DNA of 64,000 nt from an uncultured Candidatus Saccharibacteria bacterium (lineage in GTDB: Bacteria; Patescibacteriota; Saccharimonadia; Saccharimonadales; JAUPVS01): assembly GCA_964410185.1 (NCBI GenBank), contig CAYPFM010000001.1, positions 144,860-208,859 on the forward strand, written 5' to 3'. The notes under the pieces are model-generated. The model saw only the letters and a list, made by a program, of their open reading frames with translations. It had not been told where the DNA came from and made no database searches. Shown piece after piece: positions 35,263-45,216 of the stretch. The translations under genes and the position numbers were made by a program. Within the stretch, counting starts at the first letter, position 1; each line of letters begins with the position of its first letter.

Positions 35263-36675
35263 CTAGACATACAAGCGCTCCTTGATTTCTGATACGGCGT
35301 TGCGGATGTCGGCATCAAAAGTCATTTCTTTGGTGATTTTTTCGACCGAGTGAATGGCAGTGGTGTGGTCTTTGCGGCCAAGTTCATGGGCGATCTTTGG
35401 GAAGCTGAGGTGCAACTCACTTCTTAATATATACATGGCTACTTGGCGTGGTACGACGATGTCTTTGTCGCGCTTTGGTCCGACAATATCTTCCATCGAG
35501 ACGTGGAAGTGTTTGGCGGTGCGTTCAATAATCTGCTTGGCGCTGACGTGTTTCGGCCGACTCTTGCGGCTGCCGAGTAAACCAGTGGCAATTGTTAAGT
35601 CGGGCACCAAGCCGCGCATTTCACAAAATGCCAACAACTGGTTAAGGGCGCCCTCGAGCTCACGAATATTGGTTTGTACATGAGTAGCGAGGTATTCAAC
35701 CAGATCTGGTTCGAGCGAGAGATCGTGGGCCGAGGCCTTGATTTGGATAATGGCGCAACGAGTTTCGAAGTCAGGATTCTGCATATCGATTGACATGCCC
35801 CAGGTGAAGCGTGTTCGCAATCTGTCCTCAAGGGTCGGGATGTCACGCGGCGGCTTGTCGCTGCTGATAATAATCTGCTTGTTGGCCTGGTGGAGGGCGT
35901 TGAAAGTATGGAAAAACTCTTCTTGCACCCGTTCCTTGCCTGCTAAGAACTGGACATCATCCATAATAAACATGTCGACGTTTCGGTAGTGGTTAGCAAA
36001 ATCGGTATTCTTTTTGTACCGCAACGCGTCCACAAACTCTTGGACAAATTGTTCGGTTGAGGCGTACACCACTCGCGCGTCCTTTTTGTTGCCCAGCACT
36101 GCGTTACCAGCAGCTTGAATAAGGTGGGTTTTGCCAATCCCCGATCCTCCATAAAGGAATAGAGGGTTATATTTAGTGCCGGGATTTTGAGCGATAGCTT
36201 GGCAGGCAGCATAGGCTAGCTCGTTACCAGAGCCGACTACAAAATTATCAAAGGTGTAGCGCTCGTTTAATCCTTGTCGATAGGAGTGGCTCAAGCCACT
36301 GGTTCGGTAGGCGGGCGTTTTTTGTTCTTGTTTCTTCTGTTCAGACGGTTTTTCGATGACGACAACGTTTTCTTCGTCGTCCTCGGCCTTTTTGGAGCTG
36401 ATGCTGGCATGAGTCTTAAACTCGATCTTGGTGGGCTTAATGCCGTTCTTGGCCAAAATCTCTTTTAAGAGGGGGGCGTATTTCTTTTCCATTTGTTGAA
36501 TGGCAAAGACATTCGAAACACCAATGACGAGGACGTCGTCTTTCATTTTGAGGATGCGTGTCGGCTTGAACCACGTGACGTAGCTACCGTGTGGAACGCT
36601 GAGTTCAATTTCGCCAAGGACGGCTTGCCACAGGTCTGTTTCTTGCACCAACACTTCTTTTTCCCCTCTCCTCAC
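35263..36675 (-). CDS. dnaA: Chromosomal replication initiator DnaA
   Basis: AAA+ Walker A LFLYGGSGIGKTHL, FIMDDVQF, and the C-terminal DNA-binding helix region AMYILRSELHLSFPKIAHELGRKDHTTAIHS. The true start may be a GTG/TTG about 20 nt downstream, after GGAGAGGGG. Confidence 0.92.
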   Translation of the reverse strand: MRRGEKEVLVQETDLWQAVLGEIELSVPHGSYVTWFKPTRILKMKDDVLVIGVSNVFAIQQMEKKYAPLLKEILAKNGIKPTKIEFKTHASISSKKAEDDEENVVVIEKPSEQKKQEQKTPAYRTSGLSHSYRQGLNERYTFDNFVVGSGNELAYAACQAIAQNPGTKYNPLFLYGGSGIGKTHLIQAAGNAVLGNKKDARVVYASTEQFVQEFVDALRYKKNTDFANHYRNVDMFIMDDVQFLAGKERVQEEFFHTFNALHQANKQIIISSDKPPRDIPTLEDRLRTRFTWGMSIDMQNPDFETRCAIIQIKASAHDLSLEPDLVEYLATHVQTNIRELEGALNQLLAFCEMRGLVPDLTIATGLLGSRKSRPKHVSAKQIIERTAKHFHVSMEDIVGPKRDKDIVVPRQVAMYILRSELHLSFPKIAHELGRKDHTTAIHSVEKITKEMTFDADIRNAVSEIKERLYV

Positions 36676-36960
36676 ACCAATTAGTGACTACACTATACAC
36701 AGATATGGTGGGGTTTTCCACAGCCAAATATGAAAAGATTTTGTGGCACAACAAAATCGCTGCTTTTAGGGTAAACTTTTGCACAGATTGCAACTCTCTC
36801 TTGAAATGTGTGGATAAAACTTGGCCAACTGGGGAAAACTTGCTAGAATTGGTAGGGTAAATATTGTTAATTTTACGAACTAGCTTGGAGGACACCCCGG
36901 CTGGTCGTAAACAGATGTACTCAAAAATGTGCTAAAGTATATCAAAGAAGAAAGTGAATT
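36676..36960. promoter_or_regulatory. dnaA-rpmH intergenic region with DnaA boxes (candidate oriC / dnaA autoregulatory region)
   Basis: A perfect DnaA box TGTGGATAA at 36809..36817 and a one-mismatch box TTTTCCACA at 36714..36722. AT-rich stretch at about 36855..36880. Confidence 0.55.
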
Positions 36961-37098
36961 ATGCCAAAACGAACCTATCAACCCAAAAAACGACACCGCG
37001 CCCGCGAACATGGCTTCTTTAAGCGCATGTCAAACAAAGCCGGTCGGGCTGTTCTAAAGCGACGTCGCCTTAAGGGCCGCGTTCGCCTAACACACTAA
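36961..37098 (+). CDS. rpmH: 50S ribosomal protein L34 (below the ORF-track cutoff)
   Basis: My manual translation gives [45 protein letters not shown], which is canonical L34. It lies upstream of rnpA. Confidence 0.95.
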   Translation: MPKRTYQPKKRHRAREHGFFKRMSNKAGRAVLKRRRLKGRVRLTH

Positions 37099-37119
37099 AG
37101 TCAACAGGCGGCCTCACGC

Positions 37120-37461
37120 ATGATTGGACGAGCTCATCGGTTCCACGGCTACGGGAGTCTCCGGTTTGTGTACCGGAACGGCCAGACCGTGCGCGGACCA
37201 CATATGAGCTTGCGCTACTCACCTAATCCTAAGCGGCACACCTTTCGCCTGGCTGTCGTAGTGAGCAAGAAGATCAACAAGTCGGCCGTGGCGCGCAATC
37301 GTATGCGCCGCCGCATCTACGAAGCCTTTCGCGAACTTGAGCTCGTTGATCAGCCCTATGACTTGGTAATCACCGTGTTCCAAGCTAGTCTGGAGGAGTT
37401 GCCCGCGGATGAATTGCGGCAGCAGGTGGCCAGCCTGATTGAACAGGCCGAACTCAGCTAA
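37120..37461 (+). CDS. rnpA: Ribonuclease P protein component
   Basis: A 113-aa basic protein containing RLAVVVSKKINKSAVARNRMRRRIYEAFR (RNR motif), in the rpmH-rnpA-yidC order. Confidence 0.9.
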   Translation: MIGRAHRFHGYGSLRFVYRNGQTVRGPHMSLRYSPNPKRHTFRLAVVVSKKINKSAVARNRMRRRIYEAFRELELVDQPYDLVITVFQASLEELPADELRQQVASLIEQAELS

Positions 37462-37494
37462 GTAGCATGGTAGAATATAACCAAAGGAGTTCCG

Positions 37495-38439
37495 ATGTTT
37501 AACACCCTTATAGTCCAACCTCTGTTTAACTTGTTGGCTTTTATTTACGCCATTATTCCAGGCCACGACTTTGGTATGGCCATTATTATCTTTACGATTG
37601 TGATTCGCCTGCTACTGTGGCCATTGATTAAAAAGCAACTACATCACACCAAAAAGTTGCGCGAGCTCCAGCCAGAACTTAAAAAGATAAAAATTGCGGC
37701 CAAGGGAGACAAGCAAAAAGAGTCAGCCCTGACCATGGAGCTCTACAAAGAGCGCAAGATTAACCCTTTTGCCACCCTGGGCTTAACTTTGCTCCAGTTC
37801 CCAGTACTAATCGGATTGTATGTTGGTCTGCGTCACCTCATTAGCGACCCACAGCAACTCATCACCTTTACGTACCCATTTGTACGCCGCCTGCCGTGGA
37901 TTCAAGCGGTCGCCAAAGACCCCTCCTTATTTAAGCCAACGCTCTATGGGCTGGTTGACTTAAATAAGGCAGCCCTGACTAATGGTGTTTGGTACTTCCC
38001 AGCTCTCGTACTAGTTGCTGGTAGCGCCATTGTGCAGTACTTCCAGAGCAAGCAGTTAATGCCAACTGCCAAGGACAGCAAGAGCTTACGGCAGATCCTT
38101 AAGGACGCCTCTTCGGGCAACAAGGCTGATCAAGGCGAAATGCAAGCTGCTACCGGTAAGTTTACTAGCTTGATGATTCCATTCTTGATTTTCTTCGTCA
38201 CCCTCAGGATTGCGTCAGCCCTGTCTCTGTACTGGTTTGTCAGCGGCCTAGTGGCGGTTATCCAACAAGGACGGGTCCTTAATAAAGACGAAGCTGAGCT
38301 GGAAGCTGTCGGCGATGCTGCCGCCAAGAAGAAAAAAGTCGTCGAAGGCGAAATTATCCCTCCTAAAAACACCAAGACAACAGCTAAAAAATCCTCTAAA
38401 ACAAGCGCTAAAAGGAAGCCTAAAGGGAGGAAAAAATAG
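37495..38439 (+). CDS. yidC: Membrane protein insertase YidC (short Gram-positive type) with a Lys-rich C-terminal tail
   Basis: GMAIIIFTIVIRLLLWPLIKKQ...MRELQPELKKIK...PLAGCLP-like region; 314 aa; basic tail KKSSKTSAKRKPKGRKK. Confidence 0.9.
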   Translation: MFNTLIVQPLFNLLAFIYAIIPGHDFGMAIIIFTIVIRLLLWPLIKKQLHHTKKLRELQPELKKIKIAAKGDKQKESALTMELYKERKINPFATLGLTLLQFPVLIGLYVGLRHLISDPQQLITFTYPFVRRLPWIQAVAKDPSLFKPTLYGLVDLNKAALTNGVWYFPALVLVAGSAIVQYFQSKQLMPTAKDSKSLRQILKDASSGNKADQGEMQAATGKFTSLMIPFLIFFVTLRIASALSLYWFVSGLVAVIQQGRVLNKDEAELEAVGDAAAKKKKVVEGEIIPPKNTKTTAKKSSKTSAKRKPKGRKK

Positions 38440-38909
38440 TGGAAGAATCAATTCAGTACGCCAAACAGTATCTGGAAAACTTACTATCGTTCTTTGGGCT
38501 CAATGTCGAAGTCTACGCCACCAGCAGCGACAATGAGGTTATTGAACTCCACGTACCGTCAAGCCACCTCAACGGCTTTTTGATTGGTCAACACGGTGAC
38601 ACGATGCGCGCCCTCCAGTTTGTGGTTATGAACGCGCTCAAGAACAATAATTATGAAATTAGCCGCGTGAATGTCGATGTCGCTGACTACAAAAAGAATC
38701 GCGCCGAACGGGTTGCTAAAGAGGCAGAGGGTTGGGTCGCCCAGGTTAAAGCTTCTGGCGAGCCTATGTCGCTGAAACCAATGAACGCCGCCGATCGCCG
38801 CACCGTCCACCAAGTAGTGGGTGACGCAGGACTAGTTACCGAGTCTGTTGGTGAGTCCCGAGAGCGCCACATCGTTATCAAACCGGTCGCTGAAGCCACC
38901 GAAAAATAA
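38439..38909 (+). CDS. jag: Jag/KhpB-like RNA-binding protein (KH plus R3H domains)
   Basis: The C-terminal R3H motif LKPMNAADRRTVHQVV...VTESVGE, and the conserved position after yidC. The start shares one base (38439) with the yidC stop. Confidence 0.8.
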   Translation: MEESIQYAKQYLENLLSFFGLNVEVYATSSDNEVIELHVPSSHLNGFLIGQHGDTMRALQFVVMNALKNNNYEISRVNVDVADYKKNRAERVAKEAEGWVAQVKASGEPMSLKPMNAADRRTVHQVVGDAGLVTESVGESRERHIVIKPVAEATEK

Positions 38910-39088
38910 CCAATTCTTAAAAACTGATTAACAGTTAAGCAGAAGTTAAGAATAGCTTTGTAAAGTAGGAGATACCCCAATTAGGTTTGGGCGCACCCTG
39001 TGGCACGGCTCTAAAGTCTTGGCGTTTGTCTCCCCCTTCGACGCACCAAAAACGCAGCTTGTTCCCACTGTGCCACGGGTGCCCAGAA

Positions 39089-40183
39089 TTATTTCTTGCG
39101 TAAGGCGGCCTCAAAGACGGCCAGCGTTTGCTTAGCCATTCTTTGCCAACTGTATGTTTTCAACAGCGTACGGCCATTGGCGGCAAGTTTGTTAGCAAGC
39201 TGTTTGTTGTCCAGGATCTGCTGTATTTTAGTGGCCATGTGCGGGGGGCTGAACGGGTTAAAGTAGTGAGCAGCATTTTTGTAGACCTCTGGTAGGCAGG
39301 TGGCGTTGCTGGAGGCGACCGGCAATCCATATTGCATGGCTTCCAGCCCAGGCAACCCAAAGCCCTCACTAAGCGACGGAAAGACGTACACCCGCGCGTT
39401 TTCGTAGAGCCACCTTAATTGTCCCTCGCTAACAAAGTCGGTAAAAATAATGTCGGCGGATTTTGACTGCGCGTACTTCTGGAGTTTTTCGTACTCACTA
39501 TTGAACTTACCGGCGAATACCAGCTGGAGTTTGGGGTTGGTTTTCTTGAGGATAACAAAGGCATCAACTAGCCTTGGCAGGTTCTTATTGGCGGCTGGTC
39601 GCCCAACGGCCAACAAGAAGTCCTTGCCGGCCAATTGTTTAATTGGTTCAGCTGGCACGGTAATTTTGTCGGCCGACTCATAGGTGACCGTAATCTTTCG
39701 GGGGTTTACTTTGCAATAATTGGCGACGTCCTGCCGCACAAACTCGGTTGGCGTAATTAGATGAATAGACTTCTTGGCAACGCGCTTGTTGACCCACTTA
39801 TAAACTTCGCGCTTGACTGTTATAACCAGCCAATTTTTGGCAGGGTTGCGGAAGCGAATTGTGGTCAAATCCTGCATGGTCGTAACTACCCTGCCTTTGT
39901 ACCAGACTGGTTGCTGAACCATTGGAAAGAAGACAAGATCTCCTTTTAGGCTTTTGATCTGTCGCTTAAAGCCGAGCTGCTCCCCAAAGGTAAACTCTTT
40001 ATAAGGTGTGACGACAACTTTGTAGCGCGGCACGAGGTCCTTATAGAAACCAACCCGGTGTTGTTTGGCCAAGAGAATAATTTCGTGTTCGATTGGGAGT
40101 TTATGGAGGTACTCGATTAATTTATCAAGATAGCGGCCAGTGGTAGTGCCGGATTCGCGCGCGTCAATAATAATTCGTTTCAT
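39089..40183 (-). CDS. Glycosyltransferase, GT4/GT1-fold family
   Basis: C-terminal EGFGLPGLEAMQYGLPVASSN (E-x7-E type motif); 364 aa. Confidence 0.8.
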   Translation of the reverse strand: MKRIIIDARESGTTTGRYLDKLIEYLHKLPIEHEIILLAKQHRVGFYKDLVPRYKVVVTPYKEFTFGEQLGFKRQIKSLKGDLVFFPMVQQPVWYKGRVVTTMQDLTTIRFRNPAKNWLVITVKREVYKWVNKRVAKKSIHLITPTEFVRQDVANYCKVNPRKITVTYESADKITVPAEPIKQLAGKDFLLAVGRPAANKNLPRLVDAFVILKKTNPKLQLVFAGKFNSEYEKLQKYAQSKSADIIFTDFVSEGQLRWLYENARVYVFPSLSEGFGLPGLEAMQYGLPVASSNATCLPEVYKNAAHYFNPFSPPHMATKIQQILDNKQLANKLAANGRTLLKTYSWQRMAKQTLAVFEAALRKK

Positions 40184-40266
40184 AATGTCTTATACTATAG
40201 CGCAACCACGGCATGAGGTATAATGAGCCAACAACACGTAATTTGAACGAAGGGGAAGAACGTAGC

Positions 40267-41304
40267 ATGGCTAAACGAGCGCTCATTACAGGAATCGCAG
40301 GACAAGATGGCGGACATTTGGCAAAATTGTTACATGAAAAGGGCTACGAAGTTTATGGCGTTATTCGCGGCCAACTAGAGGCGAGCCACCCTCGTTATCA
40401 AGCTGTGCAAAAGGAAATGCCATACGTTAATCTGGTATTGGCGGACCTGCTTGATCTCGCTGCTCTGACGCGCGCTATGCAAGAGATTAAGCCTGACGAA
40501 ATCTATAACCTCGCAGCCATCAGCCACGTCGGCTACTCTTTTAAAAATGCAATCATGACTGCTGACGTTACTGGCAAGGGTGTGCTCAACATGCTTGAAG
40601 CCATTCGCTTATCTGGTCTCGAGAAAACGGCCAAATTTTATCAAGCTTCGACCTCAGAGATGTTTGGCGGCCTTGATTACAATCGCCCAGAAAAAGGCTA
40701 CACCGAAGCATCCTCATTTCACCCCCGCAGCCCATACGGTGTCGCCAAGCTCTACGGATTCTGGATTACCAAAAACTACCGCGAAAACTACAACATGTTC
40801 GCTGTGAGCGGCATTCTCTTCAACCACGAAGGCGAACGCCGTGGCCCAGAGTTTGTCACCCGCAAAGTGAGTAAGGCGGTCGCTCGCATTAAACTGGGCA
40901 AACAAGACATGTTGGAGCTCGGCAATATGGACGCTAAGCGCGACTGGGGTTACGCTGGCGATTATGTCGAAGGCATGTGGCGTATTTTGCAGCAAGAAAA
41001 GCCCGACGACTATGTACTGGCAACGGGCGAAACACACTCTATCCGCGAATTTTGCGAACTGGCTTTTAAGGAGATCGGCATTGATTTAGCCTGGCGCGGT
41101 ACCAGTACGGATGAAGTTGGTTACGACACCAAGACCGAAAAGGTCCTCGTCAAAATTAACCCCGAATTCTTCCGGCCGTCAGAAGTTGACGTCCTGCTTG
41201 GTGACCCTGCTCGAGCCGAAAAAGAGCTTGGCTGGCAGCGCAAAGTCGACTTTCCTGGTTTGGTTAAGCTGATGGTAGAGCACGATCTCAAAACCGAGGC
41301 TTAA
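40267..41304 (+). CDS. gmd: GDP-mannose 4,6-dehydratase
   Basis: ALITGIAGQDGGHLAKLLHEKGYEVYGVIR, SPYGVAKLY (YxxxK) and LFNHEGERRG. I chose the ATG at 40267 after GAAGGGGAAG. Confidence 0.9.
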   Translation: MAKRALITGIAGQDGGHLAKLLHEKGYEVYGVIRGQLEASHPRYQAVQKEMPYVNLVLADLLDLAALTRAMQEIKPDEIYNLAAISHVGYSFKNAIMTADVTGKGVLNMLEAIRLSGLEKTAKFYQASTSEMFGGLDYNRPEKGYTEASSFHPRSPYGVAKLYGFWITKNYRENYNMFAVSGILFNHEGERRGPEFVTRKVSKAVARIKLGKQDMLELGNMDAKRDWGYAGDYVEGMWRILQQEKPDDYVLATGETHSIREFCELAFKEIGIDLAWRGTSTDEVGYDTKTEKVLVKINPEFFRPSEVDVLLGDPARAEKELGWQRKVDFPGLVKLMVEHDLKTEA

Positions 41305-41310
41305 GCATAT

Positions 41311-42306
41311 TTAGTTTTGAGTCGTATACCAGCTAACAAAATCTTTGACTGTTTGCTCGATTGGTATGGTTGGTTGCCAGCCTGTTTCACGGCTAAGGCG
41401 CAAGGAGCTGCCAATAATAATTGCTGGGTCACTGGCTCGTATGAGCGACTGGTCAACCTCTACGGTTACGTCCTTTACGCCTAAGGCTTCCTCAAGTAAG
41501 AGAAGAATTTGGCTACCACTTAAGCCTCTTCCACTACAGACGTTGTAGACCGTATGCTGTAGTTTTGATGCATCCGTTGTTGCCAATAGAGTGTAAGCTT
41601 TGACGACGTCACGGACATCAGTGAAGTCACGTTGGTTCTGAAGATTGCCAACCGATATACTGCTGACCCCAGAATCTTTAACGAGGCTTAACTGACGCGT
41701 CAAGTCTGGCAATATAAAACCAGGTAGTTGCCCGGGACCAATATGGTTAAACGGCCGAACCGTAATACACAAAAGCCCCCTTTTATTATATGCTTCGGCG
41801 GCTGCTTCCGTGAGCAGCTTGCTCTGCACATACGGGCTGGTATTGTTGGCGTCAACTAAGGGCGAATCCTCACTAAAAGGGGGCTGCCCAGTTGGGTCAT
41901 AGACGGCTCCCGTACTGATGGCTAGGATTCGACAGGTTCGGAGATTTCTGTCTAAAAGTTCATCGCACAGGTTGCGAAGAATACCAACGTTAACATCTTC
42001 GTAATGGTGCGGATTGTCAAATGAGGCTCCAACATTGGCGAGTCCTGCGAGGTTAATGAGGCAATCAGCTTCTTCAAACGGGATATCCTTCAGCCCGGTC
42101 CGTTCTGTCAGGTCACAGGAAAAGTAAGCCTTCAAAATTGGTTCGAGGCCAGCATGGGGCTTGTCCCCTTGTCCAACGCCGATAACTTGGCAGCCACTGG
42201 CTTGGGCCTGGCGCGCCAAGTGTTGCCCGACAAAGCCGTTGATTCCGGTGATAATTATGGTCTGCACAGAAACACTATACCATTTGCTAGAAGCGCCCCT
42301 AAACAC
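41311..42306 (-). CDS. NAD(P)-dependent sugar epimerase/reductase (SDR); candidate GDP-4-keto-6-deoxy-D-mannose reductase (Rmd-like)
   Basis: IIITGINGFVGQHL Rossmann motif and SPYVQSKLL (YxxxK). It is adjacent to gmd. The start may be GTG at 42267. Confidence 0.65.
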   Translation of the reverse strand: MFRGASSKWYSVSVQTIIITGINGFVGQHLARQAQASGCQVIGVGQGDKPHAGLEPILKAYFSCDLTERTGLKDIPFEEADCLINLAGLANVGASFDNPHHYEDVNVGILRNLCDELLDRNLRTCRILAISTGAVYDPTGQPPFSEDSPLVDANNTSPYVQSKLLTEAAAEAYNKRGLLCITVRPFNHIGPGQLPGFILPDLTRQLSLVKDSGVSSISVGNLQNQRDFTDVRDVVKAYTLLATTDASKLQHTVYNVCSGRGLSGSQILLLLEEALGVKDVTVEVDQSLIRASDPAIIIGSSLRLSRETGWQPTIPIEQTVKDFVSWYTTQN

Positions 42307-42323
42307 TTATACTAAAGGGATTG

Positions 42324-43148
42324 ATGAAAGCATACATTCACAAGTTGCGAGCTAAGTATCGATACTCTACGATTCTGCTCAAACAGCTGGTTAAAACCGA
42401 TTTTAGAATCCGTTACCAAAACTCAGTTCTTGGCTATTTATGGTCCCTCCTCCGGCCGCTTTTCCTTTTTATGGTTCTGTACATCGTCTTTGTGAAGATT
42501 CTTAAAACTGGAGGAGATGTGCCACACTTTGGGGTGTATTTGCTCCTTGGGATTGTCTTGTGGAACTACTTTGTTGAGGTAACTGTGGGTGGTGTCGCCT
42601 CGGTTGTTGGCAAGGGGGACCTTATGCGTAAGGTCAGTTTCCCTCGCTACGTTATTGTTCTGTCCGGTTCTGTCTCGGCCCTGATTAACCTAGCCTTTAA
42701 CCTTTTAGTGGTGTCGCTCTTCATGTGGATCGGCCATGCCGAGCCAAACCGCTATGCCTTATTATTCCCGTTCATCATTGGTGAGCTGTTCTTTTTTTCA
42801 CTGGCCACAAGTTTTATTTTGAGCGCGGCTTACGTGCGGTTTCGTGACGTTAACTATATTTGGGAAGTTTTTATTCAGGTAGGGTTTTACGTTACGCCGA
42901 TTCTGTACGCCTTTACATACATAACCACCCGCAGTATGACGCTCGCTAAACTTATGATGATGAATCCTTTGGCGCAAATGATTCAGGATGCTCGGCATGG
43001 TCTGGTTACCAACCAGACCATGACGGCTGGTGACATCTACCAGACCCGCTTAGCGTACCTCATCCCTTTTGGGATTGTAATTGCCGTCGGACTCTTCTCG
43101 GTATTCTTCTTTAAAAAGCTCTCCCCAAGCTTTGCGGAGGATGTGTAA
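42324..43148 (+). CDS. ABC-2 type polysaccharide/teichoic-acid export permease (Wzm/TagG-like)
   Basis: FRIRYQNSVLGYLWSLLRPLFLFMVLYIVF and six TM helices. Precedes the cognate ATPase. Confidence 0.8.
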   Translation: MKAYIHKLRAKYRYSTILLKQLVKTDFRIRYQNSVLGYLWSLLRPLFLFMVLYIVFVKILKTGGDVPHFGVYLLLGIVLWNYFVEVTVGGVASVVGKGDLMRKVSFPRYVIVLSGSVSALINLAFNLLVVSLFMWIGHAEPNRYALLFPFIIGELFFFSLATSFILSAAYVRFRDVNYIWEVFIQVGFYVTPILYAFTYITTRSMTLAKLMMMNPLAQMIQDARHGLVTNQTMTAGDIYQTRLAYLIPFGIVIAVGLFSVFFFKKLSPSFAEDV

Positions 43149-44332
43149 TGAGTGACGTAGTGATTCGTGTCGAAGCAGTTTCCAAAAACTTCCGCTTACC
43201 ACAAGAGAAATCAGGGACGGTTAAGTCGGTCTTTACTAACGTGTTTAAGCGGCGGAACCGAACCATAAAAACCCAACACGCCTTGCGAGACGTATCATTC
43301 GAGATAAAAAAAGGCGAGTTCTTTGGAATCGTCGGCCGTAATGGTAGTGGCAAGAGCACTCTTTTAAAGATGCTAGCAGGTATCTACCAGCCCACCAAGG
43401 GTCGTATTCATGTTGAGGGCAAGCTCGTACCGTTTATTGAGCTCGGGGTTGGCTTTAACCCAGAGCTAACTGGCCGTCAGAACGTCTATTTGAATGGTGC
43501 TCTGCTCGGCTTCAGTGAAAAAGAGATCAACGACCAGTACGAAGACATCGTTGAGTTTGCGGAACTCAAGCCATTTATGGACCAAAAGCTCAAAAACTAC
43601 TCCTCTGGTATGCAGGTTCGCCTGGCTTTCTCGATGGCTGTCCGTGCCAAGGCCGACGTATTACTCATCGATGAGGTTCTGGCAGTCGGTGACGCTGATT
43701 TTCAAAGAAAGTGCTTCGATTACTTTAACCAACTAAAAGGTGGAGACACAACAGTTATATTTGTTAGTCACAACATGGATGCTGTCCGGGAATACTGCGA
43801 CAGAGCTATGCTGGTCGATAAGAGCCGCATCGTTGACCTGGGTTCGACCGACGCAATTGCCGAAAAGTATTTGCAACTATTCGCCCAGGAATCTGCCGTC
43901 CAAAAAGGCGACGCCTCAAGTAAGGCCGACCGTTGGGGCAACCAATGCATACAGATAAAAGATATAGGCATAGACGTCACGCCAAAAGAAATTACAGTAA
44001 CTCAGCTTATTCGATCTAATATCGACACACCTCGACCAATCATTGGCATACGCGTCCGCGACGTGACAGGGAGAGAGATTACAGGAACTAATACCAAGAT
44101 TGAGAACATAAAGATGCCAGATGTAATCAAAGGGCAGTCATTGAAGCTAACATTTACGTTCCCAAATATTTTGCGCGACGGAAAGTATACTATCGACCCC
44201 GCAATTTTGTATGCCGATGAAGCGACAGTAGCGGACTGGTGGAACAATGCAATCTCATTTACTATCCAAAAAAAGCGACACTTGCCGTACGTAATTGACC
44301 CCGGTTTTGCAATAAATGTAGAGGAGCAGTGA
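43148..44332 (+). CDS. ABC polysaccharide export ATP-binding protein (Wzt/TagH-like) with a C-terminal extra domain
   Basis: Walker A GRNGSGKSTLLK, signature YSSGMQVRLAF, Walker B LLIDEVLAVGD. A ~150-aa C-terminal extension is consistent with a glycan-terminus-binding domain. Confidence 0.85.
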   Translation: MSDVVIRVEAVSKNFRLPQEKSGTVKSVFTNVFKRRNRTIKTQHALRDVSFEIKKGEFFGIVGRNGSGKSTLLKMLAGIYQPTKGRIHVEGKLVPFIELGVGFNPELTGRQNVYLNGALLGFSEKEINDQYEDIVEFAELKPFMDQKLKNYSSGMQVRLAFSMAVRAKADVLLIDEVLAVGDADFQRKCFDYFNQLKGGDTTVIFVSHNMDAVREYCDRAMLVDKSRIVDLGSTDAIAEKYLQLFAQESAVQKGDASSKADRWGNQCIQIKDIGIDVTPKEITVTQLIRSNIDTPRPIIGIRVRDVTGREITGTNTKIENIKMPDVIKGQSLKLTFTFPNILRDGKYTIDPAILYADEATVADWWNNAISFTIQKKRHLPYVIDPGFAINVEEQ

Positions 44333-45216
44333 TGATTGACCCAAAAGCAATCACTACTTTTGCACAATACAATGAAGATGTCATTCTAGCTGCCTTGCTG
44401 CACGATGTCAGGAGCGGGTTTTATATAGATGTCGGTGCCAACTACCCAACAATCGACTCGGTCACTAAGTATTTTTACGACCGTGGTTGGCGCGGTATTA
44501 ATGTTGAGCCCGTTAAACGACTCCATGCGGATCTCGAAAAAGAACGACCGAATGATATAAACCTGCAATGTGGTCTGGGCGAAAAAGAAGGTCAGGTTAC
44601 TTTTCGTGAATACCCTGAGAAAGTCGGACACTCCACCTTTGAGATTAATCAAAAAAAAGAACACCACGAAAAGTTTAATGATTACGAAGTCCCCGTTACA
44701 ACCCTAAAGAAGCTACTCCAGGAGTATAAACCGAAGAAAATCCACTTCCTCAAGATTGATGTCGAGGGCTACGAGTATGAGGTTGTTGCTGGCAATGACT
44801 GGACTAAGTACCGGCCAGAAGTAATCTGCATCGAAGCAAATCATATTGCAAAGGACTGGTCTCCAATTCTGTTAAAAAACAACTACAAACTATTTATTAA
44901 AGACGGGCTGAATGAATATTACGTCGCGGACGAGTCCTGGCAACGTACAGTGGGTTTTCCCGAAAGAGCTATCCTTTTGGACTACCATGCGCTTAAGCAG
45001 CACCAAGCACAGTCATGGGCCGCAGACTCCAAGGAACTTACCCGCCTCCATACACTTGTAGCCGATACTACGCATGCATTGGAGCGAGAAATGGAACTTC
45101 GAAAAGAAGCTGAACAACTCAGCTTGGTAAACAAGTCATACTTGGGTCGTATTCGACGCGCGGCAATCGGGCTGTCAACTGACTGGGTGCGATATCGAAA
45201 AGAATCTAAGAAGTAA
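44329..45216 (+). CDS. FkbM-family methyltransferase
   Basis: FYIDVGANYPTIDSVTKYFYDRGWRGINVEP...IHFLKIDVEGYEYEV, typical of FkbM. ATGA overlap with the ABC ATPase gene. Confidence 0.8.
   Translation: MMIDPKAITTFAQYNEDVILAALLHDVRSGFYIDVGANYPTIDSVTKYFYDRGWRGINVEPVKRLHADLEKERPNDINLQCGLGEKEGQVTFREYPEKVGHSTFEINQKKEHHEKFNDYEVPVTTLKKLLQEYKPKKIHFLKIDVEGYEYEVVAGNDWTKYRPEVICIEANHIAKDWSPILLKNNYKLFIKDGLNEYYVADESWQRTVGFPERAILLDYHALKQHQAQSWAADSKELTRLHTLVADTTHALEREMELRKEAEQLSLVNKSYLGRIRRAAIGLSTDWVRYRKESKK

Noticed and set aside
34993-35318. Three overlapping minus-strand ORFs (69-103 aa) in the dnaN-dnaA spacer.
   Set aside because: The region contains DnaA-box-like sites and an AT-rich tract, and the translations look random. 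It is better interpreted as non-coding origin or regulatory DNA.
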